DNA from: Squalus acanthias
Taxonomy: Eukaryota
DNA length: 64,000 nt
Direction: 5' to 3'
Assembly (NCBI GenBank): GCA_030390025.1
Contig: CM059432.1
Span: 142,602,001-142,666,000, forward strand
Position numbers and translations under genes: made by a program. Positions 1 to 12,670 of the stretch are shown here, piece after piece. The notes beneath the pieces were generated by a model. It was not told the origin of the DNA, made no database searches, and was given only the letters and a program-made list of their open reading frames with translations. Each line of letters begins with the position of its first letter. Position 1 is the first letter of the stretch.

Positions 1-542
1 AATGCAGTGATATTAGAAGACTTATTAAGCTCGAAACTAATCCTCTCACATTGGGATTTCCTCTTACCACTACGACAACAAATGCAGCTAACAAAACCAT
101 AAATATCCAATAAACAGTTTTTGTGCTATGACCGGGATTCCTGGGCCAGCTGCTTTTTCACCCTGACAACAGACTGCACAGTCTGAACTCCTAATTCTCA
201 TCCCTTAACAATAATATGGCATAGATGTGACAGAAACCAAATGATTTTTCCAACACCCTCACGCCACAGCCTATTCTCCTAGCAACACAGCCACCAGCGA
301 GGATATGGAAGTGCTTTCTTCTCCCGCAAGTGAGGGGGCTTACAGTTAAATCCTATTAAAGTCTGATTCCGCGAAACAAACAACAGCAATGTTCAATCTT
401 GCCCCAGGAGACCTTGGCATTTTGTGGACTATTGTGATCCTCTTGGAACCTCAATGGATCATGCTGCCCACTCTTGTGTTAAAATGAAGCGCAGCAACTT
501 GTAAAAAGCAACGTAACACATTTCGGACAGATAACATACTTA

Positions 543-635
<93 letters not shown>

Positions 636-749
636 CTAATACATGGGGGAAGGGGAGGGGGGGGGGTGTTAGAATTAGAATGCAAATTCCCTTTTAATTA
701 AAAATGGTTTATCGCAGGGCATAGCTCAATCCCCTTGTAAAACACTCAC

Positions 750-835
750 TGTTCCAGATACTCATTCAGTTCCCTGACGGCTTCAGTGGTTTTCCCCAGG
801 GCTTTGAGAATGGCAATCTTACGCTTCCGTGCTGC
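750..835 (-). CDS. EMC2: EMC2 coding exon 6 ([29 protein letters not shown])
   Basis: CAG acceptor, GTGAGT donor, 86 nt, in frame. Confidence 0.97.
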
Positions 836-1761
836 CTGTGGATTGACATTAATGGAGGATTATGGTCTCATAATTCCTCAAGTGTTTGTAAAGAAGGTAA
901 TTTGACTGTGCAAATTATTATCTCAATGCCAGAAAATTCCATTGCAGTGTGATTGCATGACTGGAGTTCATCAACATCCCCCTGTGAATTCGAAAACCTG
1001 CCTGTACAATCGCACTACGCTTTGCTTCTGGTGCAAACAGTACACGCATCATTTCATCTAGATAAATGATTTTACTGCTTTCAATAAGAGCAGAACAGCA
1101 GGGTCCCCAAATCTGTACCCATCAGATGTTTACTGTCATTCATAGGATTTGTATCTTAGGGATAAATCGTAATGAAGGATTAAAGTACCCCACTGTGTTA
1201 CCTCCTTGTCAGTTGAACAATCTTGCCGACAGCAGTTTGGATTATTTTCTTTTGCCGTGCACAGTGCTTTACTTGACATGAAAAACAACAGTAAATAGCA
1301 TGCTATTTTACATGTGTACCAGCACATTTTCACTGAAGACAGGGTCGGAAACCTAGCACAGTAACTCCAAATGAACACATTAATCACATACAAAATTTAC
1401 CACAATGTTTAAAAATTATTAATTAGGGGCTCACTGATGACAAATAAGTGAAGGCATTTTCCCAATACAACAATAAGCTACGCAGACCGGAAGGTCTGAG
1501 ATTCAATTCCTGGTCAGTAATGAGTTAGCCAATTTCAGATGGAGTGGCAGTACCAGCAGCACAAGTGGTCTCGGTGCGCGTGGCTTTTGGGGAGGGGGGG
1601 AGAGTAGCTGGTGTTCCCTGTCGATCATTAACAGTGCACGTGTGTGGACATGACTGGGTCTGCAATACCCTCCGTGGTCAAACTGGCTGCTGACACTGAC
1701 CACCTAGGCTCATACAAGAATGATGACCATTTGGCTGAGGTATCAGAAAGCTGCCAGAACT

Positions 1762-3457
1762 CATGGAACTAGACCCTGGGGTGAGTCAGCACCCATGGGA
1801 CTAGACCCTAGGGTGAGTCAGCACCCATGGAACTAGACCCTAGGGTGAGTCAGCACCCATGGGACTAGACCCCAAGGTGAGTCAGCACCCATGGAACTAG
1901 ACCCAAGGGTGAGTCAGCACCCATGGGACTAGACCCTAGGGTGAGTCAGCACCCATGGAACTAGACCCTAGGGTGAGTCAGCACCCATGGGACTAGACCC
2001 TAGGGTGAGTCAGCATCCATGGAACTAGATACTCGGGTGAGTCAGCACCCATGGAGCTAGACCCTAGGGTGAGTCAGCACCCATGGAACTAGATACTAGG
2101 GTGAGTCAGCACCCATGGAGCTCGACCCTAGGGTGAGTCAGCACCCATGGAGCTCGACCATAGGGTGAGTCAGCACCCATGGAATTAGACCCTAGGGTGA
2201 GTCAGCACCCATGGAGCTAGACCCTAGGGTGAGTCAGCACCCATGGAGCTAGACCCTAGGGTGAGTCAGCACCCATGGAGCTAGACCCTAGGGTGAGTCA
2301 GCACCCATGGAACTAGATACTAGGGTGAGTCAGCACCCATGGAGCTCGACCCTAGGGTGAGTCAGCACCCATGGAGCTCGACCCTAGGGTGAGTCTGCAC
2401 CCATGGAACTAGACCCTAGGGTGAGTCAGCACCCATGGAACTAGATACTAGGGTGAGTCAGCACCCATGGAATTAGACCCTAGGGTGAGTCAGCACCCAT
2501 GGAATTAGACCCTAGGGTGAGTCAGCATCCATGGAACTAGACCCTATGGTGAGTCAGCACCCATGGAATTAGACCCTAGGGTGAGTCAGCACCCATGGAA
2601 CTAGACCCTGGGGTGAGTCAACACCCATGGAATTAGACCCTAGGGTGAGTCAGCACCCATGGAACTAGACCCTAGGGTGAGTCAGCACCCATGGAATTAG
2701 GCCCTGGGGTGAGTCAACACCCATGGAACTAGACCCCAGGGTGAGTCAGCACCCATGGAACTAGACCCTAGGGTGAGTCAACACCCATGGAACTAGATAC
2801 TAGGGTGAGTCAGCACCCATGGAATTAGACCCTAGGATGAGTCAGCACCCATGGAACTGGACCCTAGGGTGAGTCAGCATCCATGGAACTGGACCCTAGG
2901 GTGAGTCAGCATCCATGGAACTGGACCCTAGGGTTAGTCAGCACCCATGGAACTAGACCCTAGGGTGAGTCAGCACCCATGGAACTAGACCCGAGGGTGA
3001 GTCAGCACCCATGGAACTAGATACTAGGGTGAGTCAGCACCCATGGAATTAGACCCTAGGGTGAGTCAGCACCCATGGAATTAGACCCTAGGGTGAGTCA
3101 GCATCCATGGAACTAGACCCTATGGTGAGTCAGCACCCATGGAATTAGACCCTAGGGTGAGTCAGCACCCATGGAACTAGACCCTAGGGTGAGTCAGCAC
3201 CCATGGAATTAGACCCTCGGGTGAGTCAGCACCCATGGAATTAGACCCTCGGGTGAGTCAGCACCCATGGAACTAGACCCTAGGGTGAGTCAGCACCCAT
3301 GGAATTAGACCCTAGGGTGAGTCAGCACCCATGGAACTAGACCCTAGGGTGAGTCAGCACCCATGGAACTAGACCCGAGGGTGAGTCAGCACCCATGGAA
3401 CTAGACCCTAGGGTGAGTCAGCACCCATGGAACTAGACCCTAGGGTGAGTCAGCACC
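1762..3457. repeat. 32-bp minisatellite, 53 units (CATGGAACTAGACCCTAGGGTGAGTCAGCACC)
   Basis: Direct tandem units without spacers; 1696 bp = 53 x 32. Confidence 0.98.
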
Positions 3458-4727
3458 ATATGGAGAAGGGGAAGTATGGAGAAATAAAACCTGCTCTTGA
3501 TTAATTAGACTGAGCAGCGCTTGAAGGGGATAGAGAATCGATAGGAAATGTATACCGCATTATATACAAGAACATTTCCAAGTAATCTAACATCTTTAAA
3601 AATGCCAATGTTATTACTTGTGTGAAATCCTATGATTCAGTGCCTCCTGCTGGGCCAGTCCATTGATTTAACGCAAGTTCCCAACTAGTTGCCGAATTTC
3701 TGGGGGTCCCACACCTCGAGTGTCTCTCAGACCACATGAAAGTCTGAACCCCACAATTTACCACAGACCCATTCCAGGACTCACTGCTTGTTTGAAATAC
3801 TATATTTCTGTATAAATATTTTGTACATAAAGTACTCCACTCCGCCTAAACCCAAGGCTTTCCTTCCCCTTTTGTGTCTGAACCGAATCTACAGTACCGT
3901 ACTTTGCACCTTTAGCTTATATTTGGAAAAAAAAGACTAATAAAACTTATTTAAATCGGTAATCCTTTCCCACACAGCTGACATTTATAAGGTCAACCAC
4001 ATGCTTGCTTTCTCTCCAACAATGGCCATCATGGCACCTTTCTGTGTTTAAAATTATCTCAGGATTCTTCAAAGTTCTATTGTAGAATATATAAGAGAAG
4101 GAACGAGTATTGTCCGTCATGGCATTTAAATGACTTACGTAATAAAGCTGTTGTATGAGAAAAAGATTTGTAGGTTTCATTAAGTATTCCTAATATGTTG
4201 CTACTGCCATATCTTCTCTTAGTAGGTCATGAGCTCAGAGCCTTGACAAATCAAGCTTACACTTTCTTTGTCCTCAGGAGTTCAGACTTACTTAGACAGA
4301 TATAACCTGAATTGCCTCAATTGTGTCCCATCATTCCATCAAACAAGCACGATGCCAAGTTTATGCTCCAAGTGTGTTATGTCCACACAAACTGCTGTTT
4401 CCTTGGCCACAAGTTTTCTGAACTGCACTTAGAAAATCTGTTCAGTATCTTTTTCAATGTAAAACCTACACAAATGTTTTCATCTCTGGGTAAGTGACAA
4501 CTCTAAACCTACTGCTGCCTTGTAAGTTAGATACAGGAAATGCAGGAACCACGCTGAAATCTGATAGCTATGAAGAACATTCTTAGAAAGTTCAGACACA
4601 AGTTACTTAAAAGGGCTCCAGATAACAAAAATAAATTGTGCCAAGTCCTTACTATTTAGCTCTTGGGATTTTTATGTTAAGACTCATTACAGTGTCGTGG
4701 TCAAGGGAATCTTTTCCATTTTCCCAT

Positions 4728-5160
4728 GTGTCAGCCGTGGTTCAGTTGGTAGCACTTTCACCTCTGAGTCAGAAGGTTGTGGGTTCAAGTCCCAGTCCAG
4801 AGACTTGAGCACATAAAGCTAGGCTGACACTCCAGTGCAGTACCGAGGGAGCGCTGCATTGTCGGAGGTGCCGTCTTTCGGATGAGACATTAAACCGAGG
4901 CCCCGTCTGCTCTCTCAGGTGGATGCAAAAGATCCCATGGCACTATTTCAAAGAAGAGCAGGGGAGTTCTCAATATTCAGGGAGTCCTGGTCAATATTCA
5001 ACATCACAAAAAACAGATAATCTGGTCATTATTGCTGTGCGCAAATTGGCTGCCCTGTTTCCGACATGACAACAGTGACTACACTTCAAAACTACTTCAT
5101 TGGCTGTAAAGCGTTTGGGACGTACTGAGGTCGTGAAAGGCGCTGTATAAATGCAAGTCT
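4728..5160 (+). mobile_element. DeuSINE (SacSINE1-like) tRNA-derived SINE, near full length
   Basis: tRNA-like A/B boxes, Deu domain GGAGGTGCCGTCTTTCGGATGAGAC..AAACCGAGG, L2-like tail. Confidence 0.8.
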
Positions 5161-6006
5161 TTATTTTAGATACACTTGCTCCGACAGATTGCAAGGAATA
5201 CATGTTTGTGCTTTAAACTAACTACCTCCATACAGACAGCTACATCCCTAGTCACAACATTTCTGAGCTCCACTAAAAACATTGAATAAATTTTTATATA
5301 AACAGAGACCATTATCCAATTGAAAGGATCAGAAAAAAATATTTAAGCACTGGCAAAGGACTAATAATTAAGGCAAGAAACGGTTGCGGACTACTACTGT
5401 AATTCTGTAATGTTCGCAAATTATTTTCGCAGCACACACAAAATGTTACAGAATACAGCTAATGTTACATTTTCAACTTCATAAGTGCCGTGGGACATTT
5501 TAGGACATTAAAGACGCTATATAATGTAAGTTATTGTTGTATTTTCCAGTCACATTAAAACCAAGACAAGCATCTCTTAAAAACAGAACCTGCTCAAAAA
5601 AAGAAAGGAAATGGCAGGGAACAAAACTACTCACAAATGATAAACCCGAAAACTGAACACAACGCACTCTGATGGCTAATACTGTAAACAAGCCTGTTCT
5701 CAGGCAGCGAGTAAAAGACCGACTACGTCTATATAGAATGCAGTATAGATCATATCTCATTTAACAGCCTACTTGCTGAGCTCTGAAGCACCTGCAATTA
5801 CTGTCGTAGCGAGCTGCTCCTCAACTTGTGCCTTAAGGACAAGTCCCCACCAAACCTTTACAGGTGCTAACATGAAGGGCAGCAATCTTTGAAATTCATC
5901 CTCAGTAATCATAAAGGTCTTAAAGAAAGAGGTGTGTGTTTTTTTTAATGCATCATTTGTTCCACAAGCATTAATAAGTTTTTTGGTTTTCTAAGAATTT
6001 TTTTTT

Positions 6007-6100
6007 TTAATTCACTCGGGATGTGAGCGACTCTGGCAAGGCAGGCATTTATTGCCCATCCCCAGCTGCCCTTGAGAAGGTGGTGGTGAGCCTTCTGCTT
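6007..6100 (-). mobile_element. Isolated tail fragment of the same family
   Basis: Matches 61403-61500. Confidence 0.6.
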
Positions 6101-6190
6101 GCTGTGCAGAATCTTTTGCAGATTGATTAAAAAACACTATCTGCAAATGAAACACACACACCACCATGAGCAACACGTCAGATCTGCTGA

Positions 6191-6341
6191 TCTACATGCC
6201 AATAAGTCGCATCTAGTCTGGTCCACATGCCAATAAGTCGCATCTAGTCTGGTCCACATGCCAATAAGTTGCATCTAGTCTGGTCTACATGCCAATAAGT
6301 CGCATCTAGTCTGGTCTACATGATAAGTCGCATCTAGTACA
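6191..6341. repeat. 31-bp minisatellite, about 4.5 units
   Basis: TCYACATGCCAATAAGTCGCATCTAGTCTGG repeated. Confidence 0.9.
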
Positions 6342-6672
6342 TGCATTTGTCTGTCAAATTCCAGCTGTCACACTTCATTCCAAATGCAAAACAATCTTTT
6401 AGAAAGAGAGAGAGAAAACCAGTCAATTAATGCTGGGCACTTGCTTCTGACCTGGAGCCTGAAACTAGCAAGTGCTTCTCGATCTGCACATTTCTCTCAC
6501 TGCACAATGGCAGTCTGATGAGGCTGTGTTTCCTTGACAATTAGATGTTGCGGCATTAAAGGGATACAGCTCCACCTTAGAGGCAGGATAATGCACTGTG
6601 CATTACATGGTATAACAGTGCTGTCCTTATAGAACAGTATCTGACTTACCACACATACCGTCATAAAAGAAT

Positions 6673-7722
6673 GGGAACGATAGCATAGTGGTTATGTTAC
6701 TGGACTAGTAATCCAAAGGCCTGGACTTATGATCCAGAGACGTGAGTTCAAATCCCACCACGGCAGCTGGGGGATTTAAATTCAGTTAATTAAATAAATC
6801 TGGAATATAAAGCTAGTATCAGTAATGGTGACCATGAAACTATTGGATTGTCGTAAAAACCCATCTGGTTCACTAATGTCCTTTAGGGAAGGAAATCTGC
6901 CATCCTTACCTGGCCTATATGTGACTCCAGACCCACAGCAATGTGGTTGACTCTTAACTGCCCTCTGAAATGGCCCAGCAAGCCACTCAGTTGTAAAAAA
7001 CCGCTACAAAACACAATAAAACCGGACGGACCACCCGGCATCGGCTACGGACACGGCAACGGCACACCCAGCCCAGTCGACCCTGTAAAGTCCTCCTCAC
7101 CAACATCTGGGGACTTGTGCCAAAATTGGGAGAGCTGTCCCACAGACTAGTCAAGCAACAGCCTGACATAGTCATACTCACAGAATCATGCCTTTCAGCC
7201 AATGTCCCAAACTCCTCCATCACCATCCCTGGGTATGTCCTACCAGCACGACAGACCCACCAGGGGTGGCGGCACAATGGTATACAGTCGGGAAGGAGTG
7301 GCCCTGGGAGTCCTCAACATTGACTCCAGACCCCATGAAGTCTCATGGCTTCAGGTCAAGCATGGGCAAGGAAACCTCCTGCTGATTACAACCTATCGGC
7401 CTCAGCTGATGAATCAATACTCCTCCATGTTGACCACTTGGAAGAAGCACAGAGAGTAGCAAGGGCACAGAATGTACTCTGGGTGGGGAACTTCAATGTC
7501 CATCACCAAGAGTGGCTCGGTAGTACCACTACTGACCGAGCTGGCTGAGTCCTGAAGGACATAGCTGCCAGTCTGGGCCTGCGACAGGTGGTGAGAGAAC
7601 AAACACAAGGGCAAAACCTACTTGACCTTGTCCTCACCAATCTACCTGTCGCAATTGCATCTGTCCATGACAGTATTGGTAGCAGTGACCCCCGCACAGT
7701 CATTGTGGAGACGAAGTCCCGT
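6673..7722 (+). mobile_element. tRNA-headed (SlmI/MetaSINE-like) element continuing into a LINE AP-endonuclease pseudo-ORF
   Basis: A box TAGCATAGTGG, B box GTTCAAATC; then PDIVILTES, RGGG, WVGNFNVHH, LLDLVLTN, GSSD motifs with frameshifts. Confidence 0.75.
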
Positions 7723-8056
7723 CAAAATGTGACATTTGGCATGCTAAACACATGCAGACAGACATACTCGGACACACACAAGATCATCTCCTGTTCATGG
7801 CGAGTCTCAGTTTCACGCTGTTGCGTAAGTAGAGAGGATACATATCCGCTGAAAGATTTCAGAAAAATGTTTTTAAAAAGTTTCCCCCCCGAGACAGTGA
7901 ACAAAGTGTTCCACGATTGGTTCCTGGAAAATAAATAGTATTTTCCTTACTCACTGCGGATATATAAATCAATAAATCTGCTGTCTCTCTTATTATAAAT
8001 TTATCTCTGCATGTAAGTTCTGGATTGTCCTTCGGCTTAGAAAGAATGAAAGAAAT

Positions 8057-8493
8057 AAAGTCTTGCATTTCTATAGCACCTTTCAGGACACCCCAAAGTG
8101 CTTTACAGCCATTAAAGTACTTTTTGAAGTGCAGTCATTGTTGTAATGTAGGAAATGTGGCAGCCTATTTGCGCACAGCAAGGTCCCACAAACAGCAATG
8201 AGATAATGACCAGATAATCTGTTTTAGTGATGTTGGTTGAGGGATAAACATTGGCCAGGACATTGGGGATAACGCCCCTGCTCTTCTTCAAATAGTGCCG
8301 TGGGATCATTTTATGTCCACCTGAGAGGGAAAATAGGGCCAAGGTTTAACGTCTTATCCTAAAGACGGCACCTCCAGTAGTGCATTACCCCTCAGTACTG
8401 CTCTGGAGTGTCAGCCAGGACTTGTGCTCAGCTCTCTGGAGTAGGACATAAACCCACAACTTTCTTACTCTGAGGCGAGAGTGCTACCCACTG
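8057..8493 (-). mobile_element. SacSINE1-like SINE
   Basis: Reverse-complement similarity to 4728-5160. Confidence 0.78.
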
Positions 8494-8974
8494 TATAACA
8501 ATGACCACGCTTCAAAGAGGTAATTTACTGATTGTGAAGCTCTATGGAATGCTGAGGGTGTGAGATGTTAGGTAAATGTTAACTGTCTAATTGGTATTCT
8601 TCCTTCATCATCAAATATATCTGCAAACAATACTTTTGTATTACAAAACTAAACTCAAGATTTTTATTGATACCCTCCCTCCTGACTTGAATGTTGGGAC
8701 ACACCTTCCAGAACTTACGAACATACAAAATAGGGCAACAGTAAAAAAAAACAGCTGGTCCACTGAGTCTGTCCAGTCGCGACATGGTGCAACTTAGACT
8801 GGCCCCCAAAAGCCATCAAGCTTCAGGAACCAGCAATGATGGGGTGACAACACACAGTGACCTAGCTGCCTTCGGTACACAGAGATGTTTGCCACTCTGG
8901 GAGCTCCCTTTTGAATGTGCACTCACTGCGCAAGCCAGCAAGTTGTCCCATAGGTCGACAGCTCTCTGTGAAAG

Positions 8975-9830
8975 GTACATATGAATTAGGAGCAGGAGTA
9001 GGCCACTCGGCCCCTCGAGCCTGCTCCGCCATTCAATAAGATCATGGCTGATCTGATTACTCCACATTCCTGCCTACCTCCGATAACCTTTCACCCCCTT
9101 GCTTATCAAGAATCTATCTACCTCTGCCTTAAAAATATTCAAAGACTCTGCTTCCACCGCCCTCTGAGGAAGAGAGTTCCAAGGACTCACGACCCTCAGA
9201 GAAAAAATTTCTCTCATCTCTGTCTTAAATGGTCGACCCCTTATTTTTGAACAGTGACCACTAGTTCTAGATTCTCCCACAAGAGGAAACATCCTCTCCA
9301 CATCCACCCTGTCCAGACCCCTCAGGATCTCAGTACCCCTTCCAACCTTGTGGATAGTTCCCCTGATGCCTTCATCCAGATCATTAAGGTGAAGAGCAAC
9401 TGCCTAATATCGATGGCCTGCGGGACCCAACTAGTGACAGGCCCCCACACAGAACCTCGACCATTAATAACTACACTTAGCCTGTGGGAATTCCACCAGT
9501 TTTTTATCCAACCCAAAATCTGCACAGCAACCCCACAAGACTGAACTTTGCTTTGCAGCCTTTCTTACAGCACTTTGTCAAAGGCTTTTTGAAAGTTTAG
9601 ATACACAATGTTAACCAACATTGCAACTTCTTCAACAAATTCAACCAAGTTGGCGAGGCAAGACCTTCTGTTCCAGTAGCCACGCCCAGATTCCCTAATA
9701 ACCCCTTCTCTTTCAAGCTCGTCGCACCGTGCATTTCTTGTGACTTCTTTTAGCAACTTGCCCATAGCCAAAGTCAAACTAACGGGCCTGCAGTTTCCTG
9801 GTTCTGTATTGCCCTTTCTAAATATTGATA
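8975..9830 (-). mobile_element. CR1 LINE fragments (younger 3' end plus older RT remnant)
   Basis: RTSGH..RVVSPWNSLP and NCRPVSLT..SCLANL..FQKAFDKV motifs. Confidence 0.8.
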
Positions 9831-9878
9831 CCAAACGGGCCTCTCTGGTCCGTGGGAACAATCGCAAGCTATTAAATA

Positions 9879-10233
9879 CAGGAAACTCTTTGGTATCCGG
9901 CACCGACGGGACCGGGATGGTGCCGGTTGATTAAAAATTCCGGATAACGGAGAGGTATATCTAACAAGGCTATTTTTAACAAACAAAAATAAAAAAATCA
10001 AGAAATGTGCAGTGTAATTGGGTACTCCCCTACAGAATGTTGTGTTAAATGGATGGTGGAAGATGCTTGATTAAGTACAGTAATGCCAGTTGAGGGTAAT
10101 CCATAACTCTTTAATTACTTAACAGTAAAACAAAACTTATAAACGACTGTATACTGTAGTTTTCGGAGTATGAATTCTGCCGGTTATTAGAGAGTTCCGG
10201 ATATTTAGGTGCCGTTTAAACGAGAGTTTCCTG
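9879..10233. mobile_element. pogo/Tigger-like (Tc1-mariner superfamily) MITE
   Basis: TA-CAGGAAACTCT ... AGAGTTTCCTG-TA, with a further CGGCACC match within a 26-bp TIR. Confidence 0.8.
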
Positions 10234-12670
10234 TAATGAGCAAATTACTCGCAGCACAGCCCAGCATTTCTGTGAGCACCTTGGGGTAAATACAGTCCGG
10301 GCCAGCAGCTCAATCTGTTTGACGAACACTAATTCTAGCAAGGACTAGAATAAGTTTATGCCTTCTGATGTTTTATACAAAAGCCAGTTGCTTCTAAAAA
10401 TTGTTTACCCGGGTGATTTAATTCTCTATAATATTTCAGTGGCCGGGGTAGAGCTTAAAACAGCAAGTCGCCCGGCATGCTGCAGGAATGGCCAGTCTTT
10501 CTGGACGCTGTACACAAGTGCACACTGGAAAATGGAGCCGTCTTGCTGATGGATATTTTCTCTCAGTGATGGATCACAATCAATGCCCCTCGAAAAAATT
10601 TTTTTGGGTGCGTGGCAATTCAAACCTCCACGCCCGCACGGTTTTTCCACTGAGAAACCAGCAAGCGGTCTGCGCGGGAACTTCAGACAGCTACGCAGCC
10701 ACTCAGCGAGACGGGAACATTGGTCGCGATACCTGGAACTCAAGGACCAGGCACCCCTGACAGAAAATATTCAATATTTCAAAAAATTTAAAAAATACTA
10801 AATATAATTTTTTTTTTTACATCTATGTGTTACAAAATATTAGCATGATGGCATTCCTGAGAAAATATTCGTAATAATTTGATTGGTTTGCCTTTTTTTT
10901 TAATTGGTAGCTGTTGTCAACTGCTCATTTTTGATTCATAGTTCTTTTTTAACTTCATAATTGGTGGTTTTCCATTCCTGCTTGCTACTTGTTGATTTGT
11001 TATGTTCCCTGTTATTTTATGAATTTTGAAATCTGACATTCATTAAAGCTTCATCACACACAAAATGCTGCAAACGACCATTGAATGTAAAAGCTAATGT
11101 GTCCCCCGCCACCCCCCAAAAGAAGACAATTAAGAATTCATGCTTGAATTTGAGGAGACTGACTGGAGAAGTGGGAGAACAGTAAACACATGGCTGCTTT
11201 AGCAAACACAAATTGCATTAAAAAAAAACCCTCGACTATATATATATATTCTGCTGTTAAGTTGGAGCTGAGACTCTTCTGTGCCGCACAGTCTAATTGT
11301 AGTTAACAACTGCATCTTAGGTTAGAGTGTAATTATCTGGCGAGGTAACTGTGCCAAGTGAGGTCAGTCTGTGTTTAATCGTTCTTCACGCTGCAAGTCA
11401 TAACCCAGGATAAAATGTTCAGCTTTATTTCTGTGTTTTTTTTTTAAAAAGGGAGTATTTGTTAAGTCAAAGGTTACAAACATGCAGACTCCCGAATTAA
11501 GGAGCTTCTGTTGGTGAGAGTGTTTTTGTACAGTACAAATAGCTTGTTTTCTTTCAAAAAACTTAAATTTGTGTAAAGCCACTCAGCTGGAAGAAATTTG
11601 AATGAGAATAAATTTTACAATAATGTGTCAAAAAGTTCAATGTGATTGGCAGGAAATGCAAACACATGTATCACTTCAATTCTAGTACTGGCTGCTCTCC
11701 CGTGGCATTGCTCACACAGAGTCAGAAGATAAATTGTTTTTTTTAAACAATGGGGCATAACCAAAGTGTGCTGGGGAACAAGCGATACACTTACAGAAGT
11801 GCACACAAGCGCTTGCACCCATTTTAGATAGATGCATATTAATCCGTGAAAAGCAATAGCCGCAAATTGTTCAGGTTAAAAGTAATCCTCAACATCCTGG
11901 ATAGCTGTTCCAATGTGTTTCATGTTACTTCATAAATCGTGAAAATTTGCTCAAGAATTCAGTCATGAATGGAGAGCCAAGTAATAACAAACTGCGGGGA
12001 GAGGGCAAAAGAAAACACACACGAGTAAGGGCTGCCAAAACAGCATCAGACATTTCTTGAAAATGTACTGGATATGTGTCACAACAGCACAGTACTAGGA
12101 ATGAGGAAAGAAGTTACTGCCAAGCACCAAAGTATTTTGTTAATTTCCTCTCACAACCAAATCGTTTTATAAAGCCGAATATTGTGACACAGTACTTGTG
12201 AAATACTTTTGACATGATACACACTTTTACCAAACAATTCTTTTGAAAGGCCATAAAATGTCTGCCTTCAGAATTAATCTTTTATTTGTCAAAACTCTGA
12301 AGTCACCTTTATAAATTAAAGGGATCGTGACCGGTGGGCAATGTTTTAAATTTCCCTCTTTTTCAGTAACTCTATTAATGTTTTTAAAGCGCTCCCAATC
12401 TTGCTTTTCACAAATTCAGATGAGGATGACCATTTGGCCATCTTAGCTCGTCCTGTCCAGAAAGACTCTATAGTGCCCCCGTCCCTGTCCCAACCGTTTC
12501 TTAAACGGCTCCAGGGTACTCACCTTCAACTTTTCCACTAACCAGTCCATTCCACGTGCCGATCACTTTGTGTGAAGGACTTTCCAACACCAGTTCTAAA
12601 TGTGCTTTTTATTAATTTGAACCGTGGAATGCACTGCTGGAGTTGGTGACTAAAGCAGAGACATTTGTTA

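Noticed and set aside
1762..3457. CRISPR array (32-bp partly palindromic repeat)
   Set aside because: Units are directly adjacent with no unique spacers, there are no cas genes, and the context is a vertebrate intron
4731..4800. tRNA genes at SINE heads (also 6673, 43141, 44071, 45319, 61890)
   Set aside because: A/B boxes continue into SINE bodies and no complete cloverleaf is evident
10430..10830. Another GC-arm/AT-core MITE
   Set aside because: No TIR pair or TSD could be identified
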